A stretch of DNA of 53,668 bases from positions 1,550,001 through 1,603,668 of the forward strand of contig MU058387.1 of the NCBI GenBank assembly GCA_013265495.1. Reading direction: 5' to 3'. Position 1 is the stretch's first letter. The number at the start of each line of letters is the position of its first letter. Below the pieces are notes generated by a model. The model saw only the letters and a program-made list of their open reading frames with translations, was not told where the DNA came from and ran no database searches. Positions 26,595-39,989 of this stretch are shown in pieces. Origin of the DNA: Vicugna vicugna. Taxonomy: Eukaryota. A program made the position numbers and the translations under genes.

Positions 26595-27835
26595 TGTTTT
26601 AGTTTGCTCAAACTGTTGTAACAAGATGCAGGCATACCCTGGAGGCATTGTGGGTTCGGTTCCAGAGAGGTAGAGCAAAGCAAATGTCCCAATAAAGTGA
26701 GTGACATGAATTCTTTGTTTCCTAATGCAAATAAAACTTATATTTACACTCTACTGCAGTCTATTAGGTGTGCAATAGTATTATGTCTGAAAAATGTACA
26801 TACCTTGAATAAAAATATGTATCGCTAAAACATACATGCCATCATCTGAGCTTTTAGTGAGCTGTTATCCTTTTGCTGGTAGAGGATCTTACCTCGATTG
26901 GTACTGAGGGCTGTTGACTGGTCAAGGTGGTGGCTGTGGAAGGTTGGGGTGGTTGTGGCAATTTTTATAATAGAGCAGCAATGAAGTTTGCCACATCGAT
27001 TGGCTCTTCATTTCACTTAGACACCACCTTAGAGCTATTAATGGCCAAATGTCTATATGGTTATGTCGCAGGGACTAGGGAGGCCCTAGGAGAGGGAGAG
27101 AGAGACAGGAAAACAGCCGGTGGGTGGAGGAGTCAGAACACACACATGTTTGTTGATGAAGTCGAGCATCTTTATGTGGGCACAGTTCATGGCACCTGGA
27201 AACAATTAAAATAGTAGCATCAAAGTTCACTGATCACAGATCACTACAACACATAGAATAATAAAACATTGAAATATTGTGGGAATTACAAAAATGTGAC
27301 ACAGAAACATGAATTGAGAGAGTGCTATTGGGAAAATGGTGTCAACAGACTTGCTCAATGCAGCGTTGACATAAACCTCCAATTTGTACAAAATGCAGTA
27401 TCTTCAAAGAATAATAAAAAGAAGCACAAAAAATGAAGCATGTGTGTAGTACAAATAGGTGGTTTGAACAACAGAAATGTGTTGTTTCACAGTTCTAACG
27501 CCTGAAAAGTCCAAGATCAAAATGTTGGCAGAATTGGTTCCTTCTGAGGACTGTGAGGAAAAAAAATCTTTTTCTGGCCTCCTTCCTTGGCTGGTAGCTG
27601 GAGACATCTCCTCCCAGTGTCTTTACATCATCTTTCTTCTGCGCTGTCTCTGTGTCCAAATTTCCCGTTTCTATAAGGACACCAGTCATTTTAGATCAGA
27701 GCCTGCCTTAACGCCCTCACTTTAGCTTCATTACCCCTGTATAGACAGTGTCTTCAAATAAGGTTGCATCCTGAAATAATGAAGGTTAGGACTTCAACAT
27801 ACAAATTTGAAGAGGACACAGTTCAACACATAACA
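26595..27835 (-). mobile_element. MaLR MLT1B/C-like solo LTR, interrupted by Tigger1
   Basis: Starts 'tgttttagtttgctcaaactgttgtaacaaga', resumes at ~27449 'aggtggtttgaacaacagaaat...ctataaggacaccagtcatt' and ends 'acacagttcaacacataaca'. 5-bp TSD atcta (26590-26594) / accta (27836-27840). Confidence 0.85.
26629..27446 (-). mobile_element. Internally deleted Tigger1 (TcMar-Tigger) DNA transposon
   Basis: Left end 'caggcataccctggaggcattgtgggttcggttccaga'; right end 'aatttgtacaaaatgcagtatct...aaaatgaagcatgtgtg' followed by TA. Both Tigger1 ends are present and most of the transposase is missing. Confidence 0.9.
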
Positions 27836-28424
27836 ACCTAATTGAAGTCAAAAGGCAGTTTAAAATTTTATTGAGCCTTATAATGAGAGTTTTTTTTTCA
27901 TATTATTAACAGATCTCCAAAAGAAGAAATTTTAAAATATGTTCAAGATAGTTTGTGATGAATTAAGTGAAAGAAACATTATAAAACAAGTTTATAAATA
28001 TATTTATGTATACACACGCTTTTTAAAGTTGTATGAATGTGTACATGTGGAGAAATACAGTGGAAAAGGCAGCTCGGGTAGAACAGGGTATAGGCATGTG
28101 TGTGACTCTAGCGCCGGATGATTTAGAGGGCAGATCCCATCAAGCAGGCAGGAGGAATTGTATTTTTCTGGTTTGTTTATTTCCCACATCCAATAAGAAA
28201 TCCAAGGGGCATGGAAGGGGACAAAATGAGTTAAAGGATCTTCCTTGTACCTTTTCTGAGATTGTCTGTGTTGTTTTGTTTGGGAAAGTTGAAGGATGAC
28301 CAATGGATTGAGAACAAAATCCATCTTCAATACTCATGAACCATTTCCTTGACACAGTGTTTTTAACCAAAGTTTAATTTATAGGCCTTTTATCAGTTTT
28401 TTTTTTCCATTTTAATGAGTACAC

Positions 28425-29540
28425 TGTTCAGCTTTCTTTAGGTAATGCTGAAGTGGCAAACAACCCCAAATTTTAGTGACTACAGTATAATGGTTTATGC
28501 ACCACATCTGTTACATATTCTTCATTTTCCTGTGATTTAAATCCATATTTTCTTCATTCAGAGAGCTAGGCTAAAGAAGCAGTCTTATCTGAAAATGCCA
28601 TTCTTGTAGAAGATGGGAGAGAGAGAGAGAGAACACAAGAGAACCTCGTGATCTTAAAGGTCCTATAGTTCTGCTCAATCACTGGTCACTTCCACTGACC
28701 AAAATTTATGGCCAAGGCTGATGTCAAATGGTGTAGAAATATAATCATCTTACAGAGAGATACTGAAATCCCCATAATCTTGGGTGAGGATATATCAATT
28801 AAACTCTCACAGAAATGGCAGAAAGTAATTAGAAATGATAATTATAATGCCATCTACTGCAGCCCACCTCTTTTTATCACAAAGATTCCTTCCCTTCTGG
28901 ACATAAGATATATTAATTTATTCTCAATGTAAAGTATCCCAAAGATCTCATCCAATCATAGCATTAAGTTCAAAGTCTAGAACCTTGTGGCAGTTTCTAC
29001 ATGACATGCAGCTAAGGCTCCTGTTGACACAGAAATTGAACCCTAAGGGTAAATTATCTGTTCCCGCCCCTAAGACACACTCAATATAGAGAAGTAAATA
29101 AAAGGCAGAATAAAGACGGCTAACATTCCTATTTAGAAAGCTGGACAGTGGGAGGCATACTGCATCCCCTGGTCTAAAGCAATTCGGAAACCCTGTACAG
29201 ATATTTGAAGGAATTCCAATCCTAAAAGTGGGGGGTGTTCCTTAGATCGGTTCCATTCAACTCCCTAGAAATGGCAGCTTACATTCTTCAGTTGAAGAGA
29301 TAAGAGAGAAATGGCAGAACTGCAAAACTGCTGTGTGTGTACATGGTCACTTTGTGCCCATTACATTGGCCAAAGCAAGTCACGTGGACAAGCCTGGCAT
29401 TAATGGGACGAAAAGTGTGCTCCTTCACAGGAATTTCTGCCAGTCACATGGCAGTAGTTTGGATGCAAGATCCTCTGGGAGGGAGTGGGGGAGGGGAGGA
29501 AAGAAAATACTTGGAAACAATCATGGAATCTTTGCCAATG
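28425..29540 (-). mobile_element. Old MaLR (MLT1I/J-like): LTR, internal remnant and partial second LTR
   Basis: LTR at ~28425-28860 ('gcaaacaaccccaaattttagtgac'). MLT-int-like segment at ~28860-29270 ('tctcatccaatcatagcattaagttcaaagtctag'). LTR part at ~29290-29540 ('cattggccaaagcaagtcacgtggacaagcctggcattaatggg'). Confidence 0.6.
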
Positions 29541-30748
29541 GATATTTTATGACAGTGTCGATTACAACTTGGTCTCGTTCAATGAGTCAAAAATACGAAA
29601 TGGTTAATTTATAAACATCAGAGTGGAATGATCATCTGTGGGGTAGGGAAATAGAGAAAAGTCTCTTATTGCTGAGCAGTTAATGCCAAACTTTGACGTC
29701 TTTCCTCGCGTAGATCAAAAATCCTAGTGAAAAGTTTACAGTAGTGGAAGGAATGCCCATTAAAAGGTAAGCTAGGTCTACTTTCACTTTTACTGTTGAT
29801 GCCAGTTCACTGTTGCAAGTCTGACAGTGCTGAGTGAGAATTCATGCAACTAAATCCCACACGGCTTAAACAGTAGCTAACAATAAAAGGATTTTAAAGA
29901 TATTCTCGCTTTGTCTTTAAATCCAAACACTGCCAGTCCACCTGTCTTTCGTGAGGGTCACTCCTATGCTCCTGTAAAAAGAAGTTATTTTATTAGTTGT
30001 GTCCCCAGAAGATTGCGGTTATTTCTTCCTATTCCAATTTTGTTTCCAAAATCTAAGAAGGAAATCCAGAAGATTTCTGTTGTCCATGTCTTCAAAACCT
30101 ATGGCCCTACACTCCATTTTATTTTATTGTTATTCTGAAAGAGAGAGCAGGGCCAGTAAAGAACTAGAGAAAACTGAATTTGCTGGAAGACTCTGTACCA
30201 AGGACACAAAGCTGTGCTGACTCAGAGGATACTAGTTTTAAAACTATAGAGACTGCTGTTGGTCAGCAATAAAACTCAGAGGAATTTGGGGTCAGAAAGA
30301 AAGAAACAGAAAAGAAACTCTGTTATCTGATAGTAATAAAACATAATTCCACAAAAGATAGCATTGGTGTAAGCCAATGGATAAAATCTGTCACGTTCTG
30401 AATGGGAAGAAATAGCCTTTACCTCGATATCTGCTAACCCTTCCACAGATGTCTGTCTATGCAGTAAAAGTTATAAAATACAGACGCACCTCCCCATATG
30501 TCTTCCTGCTTCTTTAACATGAATTGTTCTGAATTTTATGATCGGGTCTTTTGAAAAAAGCCATGACAGAGCAAAATGATGCCTTACTTACTAAGGTGAA
30601 TCTAACAGTTAATTAGAAAAATGGAAAAAATGGATACATCCCTAGATTGATTTAGTGTGAAGCTTACCTGGGAAGAATGGATACAGCCAAAGAAATCTTT
30701 GCTGCTACAAATGTCCCAAGTTACATCTGCACTGTGCTATCCACATTT

Positions 30749-31344
30749 AAAACATTTTAAAAGTTGAGATGTAATTCCCATAGCATAAAATTTACCCACT
30801 TACTGTGTACGATTTTTAGTATATTTACAGAGTTGTGCAAACATCATTACAATCTAATTTTTAAATATTTTTATCACTTCTAAAAAGAAACTCTGTACCC
30901 ATTAGCAGGCAGACCCCCACCCCCAGCCATAGTCAATCATAAATCTATTTTTGGTGTCTATACATTTACATACTTCCGATATCTCACATACATGGAGTAA
31001 TACAATGTGCATCCTTCTGTGCTGGCATCTTTCACTTAGCATTATGTTTTCAAGGTCCATCCATGTTGTGGCACGTACCAATACCTTCTCCCTTTTTATT
31101 GCCCAATAACCATCCTTGGAATGAATATGCCACGTTTGTTTACCTTTTCCTCAGTTGATGGGCATTTGAATATTGTTTCTACCTTTTGGCTATTGTAAAT
31201 ATTGCTGCCCTCCATTTTTGTGTGGACATGTTTTTATTGCTCCTGTATAAATGTCTAACAGTGGAACTGCTGGGTCATAGAGAAACTCTATACTTTGTCT
31301 TCTGAGGAACTAACAAATTGTTTTCCGAGTGGCTGCAGCATTCC
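30749..31344 (-). mobile_element. L1MB-like 3' fragment with 14-bp TSD
   Basis: Antisense L1M 3' end. Identical tgctatccacattt at 30735-30748 and 31345-31358. Confidence 0.9.
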
Positions 31345-33419
31345 TGCTATCCACATTTTGCATCAACATTTTAAACTCTTTGCTTTTATAATTCTAACTT
31401 ATAGCAGGTGTGCTGGGATAGCGATGAGCTACCTACAGATAAGGGTCAAAATGTGGTCGACGATGTAATAAAGTGAAGGTCAAATTAAATTAGCCCTGAA
31501 ATCCCATAAGCCTCTTTGAAAGTGTCAGTAAATAGTCTTTACAATTTCCATCATAACAGTAAGCTGTGTAATTATATGCTGATGTCCAAAGAGATCCTGG
31601 CTCTCATTAATACTTACAAACCCCCTGGGATCCGGGGAGGGAGGCTACACAATTTTAATTACAGCCGAACAAAGTAGATGAGTTGGTGTGGTCCAGAATC
31701 TATCGCTGGAAAAGAAGAAAACGGATTCCCAGAGCATAAACAGATCTGTGTAGGGAAGGGAGTTGCTCTGAGTAGCTGAAAGTCCTTTCCTTAACACAAT
31801 TAAAAGGAAAAACACTTTTCTTTTAAGAATGTGATAGTATAATCAGAAGGGAATCTCTTACCACAGGGTTTACTTACCATAAAACACTAGTTGCTCATTT
31901 CACTTTTAAAGATGGATCTAAAATTTTGGGGTGTTGATTTATCTAGCTAAAAATGTAAAAGGAATACCTCGACCGGAAATTAATTGGCAGTATTAAATAA
32001 ATGCAATAAGCAGTAGAAATACTAGTCTTTTGAATATCACAACTGTCTTCACAAATCAGATAACATTAGGAGTTGTCCCAGTTAGTTGTATAAAGGTTTT
32101 GCCCAGAAGCTCTTTAGTAGCTGAAAGAGTAAGACTAGGCAGGGCTGGAATTCGGAGGGTACACACTACCCAGTGAATTTTCAATAGCTCTTCCTGAAGC
32201 TACAAACTCTTGACTTTCCCACTCTGCCCTGTAAGGACTGTATACATTCTACTCATCACATGAAGTTGTTCAAACTGATCCCAATGATTTGTATCAAATT
32301 TTACAAAACCTTTTTTTGATCCCCTACTCTAATTTAATGTTTTTGCTCTTTATTATTTGACTGATCTGTATTTTTATCTTATCCCCCTCCACCATTTATC
32401 ATCCAATCCCGTTGGATTTCTTCCTCAGACTTACACAAAGTTAATGGGAAATGTACTCACCACTGCTTTCTGTGTGGCACCCCTGAAATGAAACGGCTAT
32501 GCTTAGCACAGCTAACCCGACGGTGGGTGTCTCATTGACGTATTCACACTGCAAGTCTTTACTAGAGCTCTTTCTACTCTTCTACTTTCCTCCATAGGTC
32601 ATATTCCTTAAGGTACAAATCTCATCCTGCCCATCCTCAAAACACCCGGTAAACACCAGAATTGTTCTTCATAATTAGCCATTAAAATGTATCCGTTTTA
32701 ATCTCCTGGCAGTTAACGCTTTCTCTCATATTTTAAAAGAAATTGGCGTACTTGCTTTCCCTATCGGATGGCTAGAGCTGGTGTTTTATGAAGAAAGTAT
32801 CCCTTTACATTCATTTTACCCTAGCGGTTATAGTAGAAACTCAAAAGTTTTGTATACGTGACGGAATTACAATCCTGTTTATTTTATCTATAACCACACC
32901 ACAATCCAGAGACAACTGGAGGTAATGATTCAGTAATGAATGCTGTTTGAAAATGGAATATAATTACCACTGGCTCCTGCTTTAACCATCTGCAACCTAC
33001 CTAGTGGACAATGTTCTGTATTCTGTGTCCAAATCTGCCAATATTGTTTTAGGTGTCTTAACCAAAGAGATGTGCAGAACTGTAGAACCTGGGTTTGTGG
33101 TCAGCAGAGGTCCATTATACCCCAGTTGTGCCACTAATTTATAAAGAAAACTGAGACATCTACCATAATAATGATATGCCCCAGCTTTGGGGTTTTCAAA
33201 TGGACAGGATAATTAATGACTGTCCCGCCAATAGTGCACGATCATCATGAGCCTTCCATGCACTATCTGGCCCAAGTGTGAGTATGGGTTCTGGATCGCC
33301 AAGGATACCAAAGCATTTCGGTTCTTAAGGTGGGATTCCACACCAGGCTTCTTGGTCTTCTTTGCCTGCGAAACTGATGAGAGGATAAAACCAACTCTCT
33401 TTAAGTTGACATTATTTAA

Positions 33420-33910
33420 AGAATATTTTTGAGAGTTTAACGTGAAATATATGTAGAAGAGAATATATTAATCGTATGTGTATTTTTGAATATATTAAAA
33501 TGCATAAATTGACCTGCCTAACACCCAGCTTAAGAAATAGATAATTATGAAGGACTCAGAAGCATTCTGTGTGACCTCCTTGGAATTTCTGTTAATAGTT
33601 TTCTTATTTTTATTTATAGTGCTACCATTCATGTATGTGTCATTTGCTTTAGTGATTTATTTCATTTGATGAACTATTACATTTGTATTATTCTGTGACT
33701 TGCTTGTTTTGAACAGTAGGTACTTTGAGTTTATCCATGTTGACGTGTACAACTACAGTGCATTCACATCTGTCACCTTGAATATACCACGTATGTTCAT
33801 TTTTTCTGTCATTCATGAGCAATTGGATCTTTCCAGGTTTTATTATGCAAACATTTCAATCTCTTAATATATCAAATGCACACATACAAGGGTTTCTTTA
33901 GGGTAGGTAT
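33420..33910 (-). mobile_element. Ancient L1ME-like 3' remnant
   Basis: 'ttctgtgacttgcttgttt', 'tttatccatgttgacgtg', 'aatataccac' and 'gggtttctttagggta'. Confidence 0.6.
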
Positions 33911-33914
33911 ATCA

Positions 33915-34089
33915 TATTCCATCTAGCCTAAGATGCCATCAGTAGTAAGATACAGACCGTTGCTTGGCACAACTAAGAAAGAAAAAGTTTCAATTAAACT
34001 GTATCATAATTTTTTATTGACTTTAACAGTACATTTTTAGTTTCGGAACTATTAAACTTAAAAAGTATTCTTTAAAATCCATGAAATAG
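33915..34089. mobile_element. MER104-like TcMar non-autonomous element
   Basis: Decayed inverted ends 'catattccatctagcctaagatgccatc' / 'tttaaaatccatgaaatag'. Confidence 0.45.
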
Positions 34090-35080
34090 AATACCTTGGA
34101 ATGGAATTTGCTGGACCACAGAGAATGTATACTTTCAAATTTACTAGGAAGCAATCCTGTGGTCCACGGAAGTGGTTGTAGGGATTTACAGATCTGTCCG
34201 CAGAGTACCAGGGTCCTAATTGCTTTACATCTTCTAGCTTCCACTTTGTTTTTGTCCATCACGTCTTTTGCCAGGACCTTAATGCATTTTAATATGTATT
34301 TTAAACTTGACCAGTGTTTTCGTGCTTCATTGAGAAGTATCTAACCTGCAATATTGTTAAAAATAGAAGCCTCACTGGTAATCTTCCTTGGGCATCATAT
34401 CCTTCTGAGCATCTGATGAAACCCTGTTTAATTTACTTTCACTCCTCAGATTTTCTCTATTTTTACCACATGGCCAAATCTTTGGAATTTTATGATTTGG
34501 CTCAAACTTCATCTCCTCTCTGCTTCCATTCCAGGTGCTCCCTGGAAGGGTCAGGCACTAACTCCTCTAGTTTCAGGAAACCTCTTTACCTCATTGAATG
34601 GCACTGATTTGTTTACATATTTGTTGTGCCCATAGAATGCAGCTTTTGTCTGTGTGATTTCCATTTTAGTATATACTATCTCCCTGTATATTAGCACATA
34701 TCAGTTTAAAACGCGAAGCTATATTTCCTTCTCCAGGAAGGCTGGTGGTCACGACTGTAACAGCTACCTGACTGTCCTGTTTATCTTCTGGCTCCAAGGC
34801 TTGCTTAGATTGTAATTTCTCTTCTCCAGGCACTTCCAGGTTCAAGAAACTGCAGCCGTGGCATTTACCTGCTGCAGAAATGCACAAACCCAAAGTTATG
34901 TATATTGGTGATAAAAGAGTAGATAGATATCACCGTATGTGAAAAGGAAACACTCATCTCCATCATGCAATAAATTATGGATTTTGCCTCCTTGAATATT
35001 CCTCAAATCTGTATCATCCCTGCCATTGTGTTAGTTTAAAACCCCATGGATTTCTCTTCAGTGACTGCAACAGCTCTAAA

Positions 35081-35980
35081 CCAGAGGTAGATTTTCTTAG
35101 AATTTTCACTTCTATGGGTCCTCCTAAGGCCCTGGGAAAGACCACTGTAGATACATTTATGTAAGATCTGCAAAAATAGCTATGTGAACCATAATCTGTG
35201 TAAAGTATTGTCTTTTTCTCCTTCAGTTCCTCCACCACACTTCTGAATGATTTGGTTGGATGCGCTGATGGACATTTTGGGAAGCTAGCCAGAAGGAGGT
35301 TAACGCTAAACACCAGTATCTGTGATGATAACATAAAACACAAAACAGAACACGATGGCAGAGCCATCAAGGACAAATATTAATGAGTAACAATAATCTA
35401 AGTAGTATTTAACTTCATACACTGCACAGGAAAACTTACAACACTAGGAAATCTTAGAACTCATGTATGAAAAAAAAATTGACCAAGATTTCACTAAATT
35501 TTAAATCAAACCTAAAATGTTTATATGGCATTACCAGTAATGAGTTACTAAGCTCAAAGTAACTTTTCTGGATTATCAATTTAAAAAGAAAACAAATCAA
35601 ATTTCTGTCATGCTAGAGGAAAGACTAAAGCATCTTTCTCTTTTCTCTATAGAAAAATGTCATGTGAAGAGTCACTCAGAGAATTTAGTCAGATTGAAAC
35701 AAAAAGGTATTACAGTGAAATATCAGTGAATTAATTCATATAAATAGTATGCTATTTTTAATAAATTGTATGATGTTTGCATATAATATGTAAACTTTAA
35801 AAAATTGTAATATATTGCAATTGTGATTTCTTTTCATAGTGGAAATAAATGTTTACTTATGGACTTGATTTTGCATTTATTTTTCTTAAAAAGTCCCTTC
35901 CTGTAAACTGACTATAACTAAAAAAAAATGTCCCTCCCCATCACTTATATAAGCTTCAGGCCCCACACAACTTGGAGGTA
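35081..35980 (+). mobile_element. Zaphod-like hAT-Tip100 DNA transposon remnant with decayed hATC dimerisation domain
   Basis: ~35525-35657 translates as MALPVMSY*AQSNFSGLSI*K.. then MLEERLKHLSLFSIEK, resembling the hAT motif LPVTS-AERSFS-L...M--ERL--LS-LSIE. Terminus 'aagcttcaggccccacacaacttgga'. Confidence 0.75.
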
Positions 35981-38900
35981 ATCTTGGTATCCTTGAGTTT
36001 CTGATTTCTCTTCCCATATTTTCAGTGTTTTCACGGCATTCTCCATGTGTTCTGCTGACAACCTGTGTAAGGTCCAATCTCTCCTGCTACCTGTATGTGA
36101 TGAGATGGTAGGAAAGTTAGGAAATATTTTTGGAATGAAGGATTGGATTACTTAATTAGTCAAACTATACATCATTTTTCAAACATTGACTTTTTACCCT
36201 CCCCTATTACATTGGTTGCCTGCTAAGGGTTTTTGCAAAAAAAAAGAAAAAAAATGTTAATATACCTTACCTGTAGTAGATGCTTAATAAGTATTGGATG
36301 AATTAATAAATCAGTTAATGGATTAATAAATCTATAAATCATTGACAAATCTATAGTTATAGCTCCATGTCCTGGTTGCTTCATTTATAATTTCCCCTCT
36401 CATAATTTTTCAGTCTAGGATATCTGCAGAAATTTTTCCTATTACTGTTTTTACTCTTAATAAAGTTTAAAATGTTACATGGCACTGCTAAACAACTTAC
36501 TCCTGATCAATTATACAACCAAATAAAACAAAAGGCAAAATTAAGTGGAAGCCCTCTCCGCCTTTATTTTTCCCCTGTAGCAACAGGACAGTGGAGTCAT
36601 CTTTCCTTTCCTTTACTAAAGACAATTTTTTCACTTGCAAGAAGTCATAAAATTATTTAAGAGCCAAACATTATCTATTTTCCTGGGTAAAGAAAGGTAA
36701 AAACTCAGTTCAAAACTGTTGCTCAGACTGTTCCTTGATACAAGAGAATAAGATAAAAGACGGCCAGTAATGATGAAACCACGGACCCCTAGTGCATAAA
36801 GGTTCTGATGCCAGTAGGTGGACTTAATAGCTATTGTATATTGAGAGGGAGAATGAAAAGAACTTGAATTCTGTTTTTAGAAGATTTTGTTTCTCGGGAA
36901 GCTTTTTCTTCAAAGAAGAAGTCACTCATAGGTACAGTGTGGGACCTAAAGGTAAAGAAGGAAAAGATTAATAGTAATAATAAAAATGAAGAATGCTATG
37001 CTCACATCTGTGTCTCTTCCCAAGCAATCTAAGAAAAGATCAAGTCTACAGGTCGAATAAACAGAATAAAACTTCTCTTGAGACAAGCTTATTTCAGAAT
37101 ATTTTCTTGGGTATATTTTCATGGTTAAACCCAGGCATGTATCTCTCTTACATTTTTTCTTGTATAATGTTTTAGCAATTATTGCCCTGAATAAATTGGC
37201 TTATAAGATCTCACTCCAGTGAATTATAACTCCAGGACACATTAATATACAACGTGAAAGCATTATAGTGAATGTTGATGTAACAAAAAGAGGGAAGGTG
37301 CTGAGAGCCTGGAAAGGAACAGCTCAAAATGGAAACTCCTCTGGCTGCACCTCCTAAACATATCCTGGGGGATTCTGAAGACTAGAGTGGAGTCCACTTC
37401 TTCCTCTTGGATATGTGGATTAGAACCTTCCGGGAGTCCTTCCCCTCCCTCTTCTTCCCTGCTCCTTCCTTCTCATACATCAGCCCTTTTCTTCCAGAAA
37501 TCCAGAGAGTAATTTTAGAAAGGTCTTTGCCATTTTTATAACTTACAAACATTAAGCTTCAAGATGAGGCTGAATATTTCACTTTTCAAATGTGCTTTTG
37601 ATCTTAGACAATGAGCAGCCAGCTTTCATAGAAAGACATGAAATTAGGAACTTCCAAGATTAGTACTCGTCTCTAATCAGTTTATTTGGAGGGAAAGGCT
37701 TCTTATCTTTAAGGGTTTTGCAACTGATATGATGTATGTAAAGACAAGCTAATTAAACTCTAGGGGCATGCAAACAGTTAATATTACCATTAACCTGTTT
37801 AATTCTTACAACAAATGATATGAGAAACCATGATCATTATTACCGCTTTACCTATGAAAAAGAAATCACCAGCTCACTCTTACTAAGGTACTGCATTAAA
37901 AAAACTAGAATAGAATTCAAAATCTCTTTCTAATAAGTTAACCCATATAAAAGCACTGGTTGAGAACAAATTCAAAGAAAAGAGATATTTTCCTTGATAA
38001 AGACATTGATATATTAAAAGAGCACCTCATATATTTTCTTCTGTTTAAGGGATGATCGTTCCAACTTCACTACCACTATACTTTTTGTTGTTGCTTTGCC
38101 TTGTTTTCTTATGGTAATTCATATATTTTTACTTCACCCCTAGTTGAGACTATTTCTTTAAGGAGCGATGCCATTGATTTTTTTTTTCCTTTGGGAGTAA
38201 TGCCCTTTCATCTTGTCATCTTGTCTTTAATAATAAGCTGGGGAGTTGATAAAACAGTGAAACACATTCTCACTTTTTTTCCCCTTATTCAGTTTTTGTA
38301 ATGCACGCTTGACAAATGCCTGCCTTTTGATTAGTTTAAAAATAAAAAGAAAAGGGGAAACTTGAGTCCACTGTTCATCTTTTAGCTTGCCATTTCACAA
38401 GGGAGGCTATCATACGGTGTTGGTTTCCTTGAAAGAGTCTTCCTGCTGCAAGATTGTTGTCCCAGTATGTTTCATATAGTGACCCAAAAGGCCCATGGGA
38501 GTTGGGGAAGGTACACCAAGGAACAGTTCAAGTTTCTGAAGGACAAAATTGTCTTTCCCCCGTCCCCTTTTCTTAGATTCTATTTTGCCCACAAAATATT
38601 CACAAACTACTTTGGCATCAAATATAACCCTGCCCAGCAATAGTATCCCCAAACTCATTTTCAGACAGAGGTAAGTCTGATGAACCCAACCATGGAACAA
38701 GAATGGCCCCATAGCACAGTCTTGTAAACTGAAAGAAAGTATAGTAAATGGAGAAAACAAAATAAAAACCAAAGTACAGGAAAAGTTTGACTCCCTAATT
38801 CTGCACATACTTGTGAGAGTGGTGGTGGTGAAGGCTGACTGAGGAGTTAAATGTATTTGAGTCACTTAAATTTATGGAGACAAGAAAAAAAGAAGTAGAT

Positions 38901-39989
38901 TTTGAGAGTAAGACATTCTCAAATCTTTCATTTGTCCTTCTGTACTGACCTAGTATTGGTGATAAAAGTATTACAAGTAATTATTCTCGTAAAACAGTTT
39001 CTGATTTATGGAGATAGTTCATACTCATTTGTGCATACTTATTCAAAATAGACACTAATGCACATGTGCCTAAGGTTTTCCTATGCTTATACATAGAAAG
39101 AAACTTCCCAGGAAGAATTAAATTAATTAATGCACATTATGCTTGATTTATTCTATGTAATACCATAATACAATTCTATGTCAAAGAGTGGGCATCATAT
39201 TTTTTACTCAAATAAAATAGCAAAAGGAAAGAAAACATATCAAATATTTGTTACCAAATAACCAAAACTCTACTGCATTTTTTCTCAAATTTTACTTGCT
39301 ACAATTCCATGATTCTGGGGAAAAAAGTACAAAATAGTGGATGGTAGTGCAAAGTAGGTTTTCTACTCTTTTTGAGTCATGAGTCAGAATAAGAAATTTC
39401 CAAGGAAAGAACATCTCAGTTGTTTCATTACTCTATCCCATACATACTCTTTGTCTCAAGGGAGATGGTAGGTCAATCAAAAAAAGAAAAGAAAAATGGT
39501 GCTTCTACAGAGGACTTTTATTCACACGAGGGACTGAAGAAGAAATAAAGATATTGAGAAAGCTAGCTTTCAAAGGTTTGTAACCAATTCGATCTTTCAA
39601 AATATTTCACTCAATATTATACTATGATTTTAAATATTTGCCCGGCTGTCTCATAAACAACAACAACAACAACAGGGGACTGACCTCAAAGGCAAATGTT
39701 CCTTGTCTGAAGCTGAAAGTTGTGAAAAACGTGGATGGAACAATTGAGACGTTTTTTTCTTTTAAATGAATGCCTACTATATGTCAAGCATTACTACTGA
39801 ACAAAACATGCAGTGCTACTGACAGTATAAGGTTTCCCTTCTAGTTCTTCATTCTGAGACTATCTTTTTTCTGCTTTGTAATTTTCATTCTTTTCCTGAT
39901 GCTTTAAGAGCATAGGTATCAAGAAAACTTAATTCAAAAAACCCTTGAGTTGAGTTAATCAGATCATGAATAGATTATCTAGATTGCTG

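Noticed and set aside
32570..32618. 15-nt microexon candidate 32598-32612 with a strong acceptor
   Set aside because: Weak donor (gtacaa), and it would introduce a stop in the candidate chain. It illustrates how common pseudo-exons are in this window.
38410..38865. Longest ORF (151 aa, minus strand)
   Set aside because: Non-ATG start, no recognisable domain and a composition typical of translated non-coding DNA.
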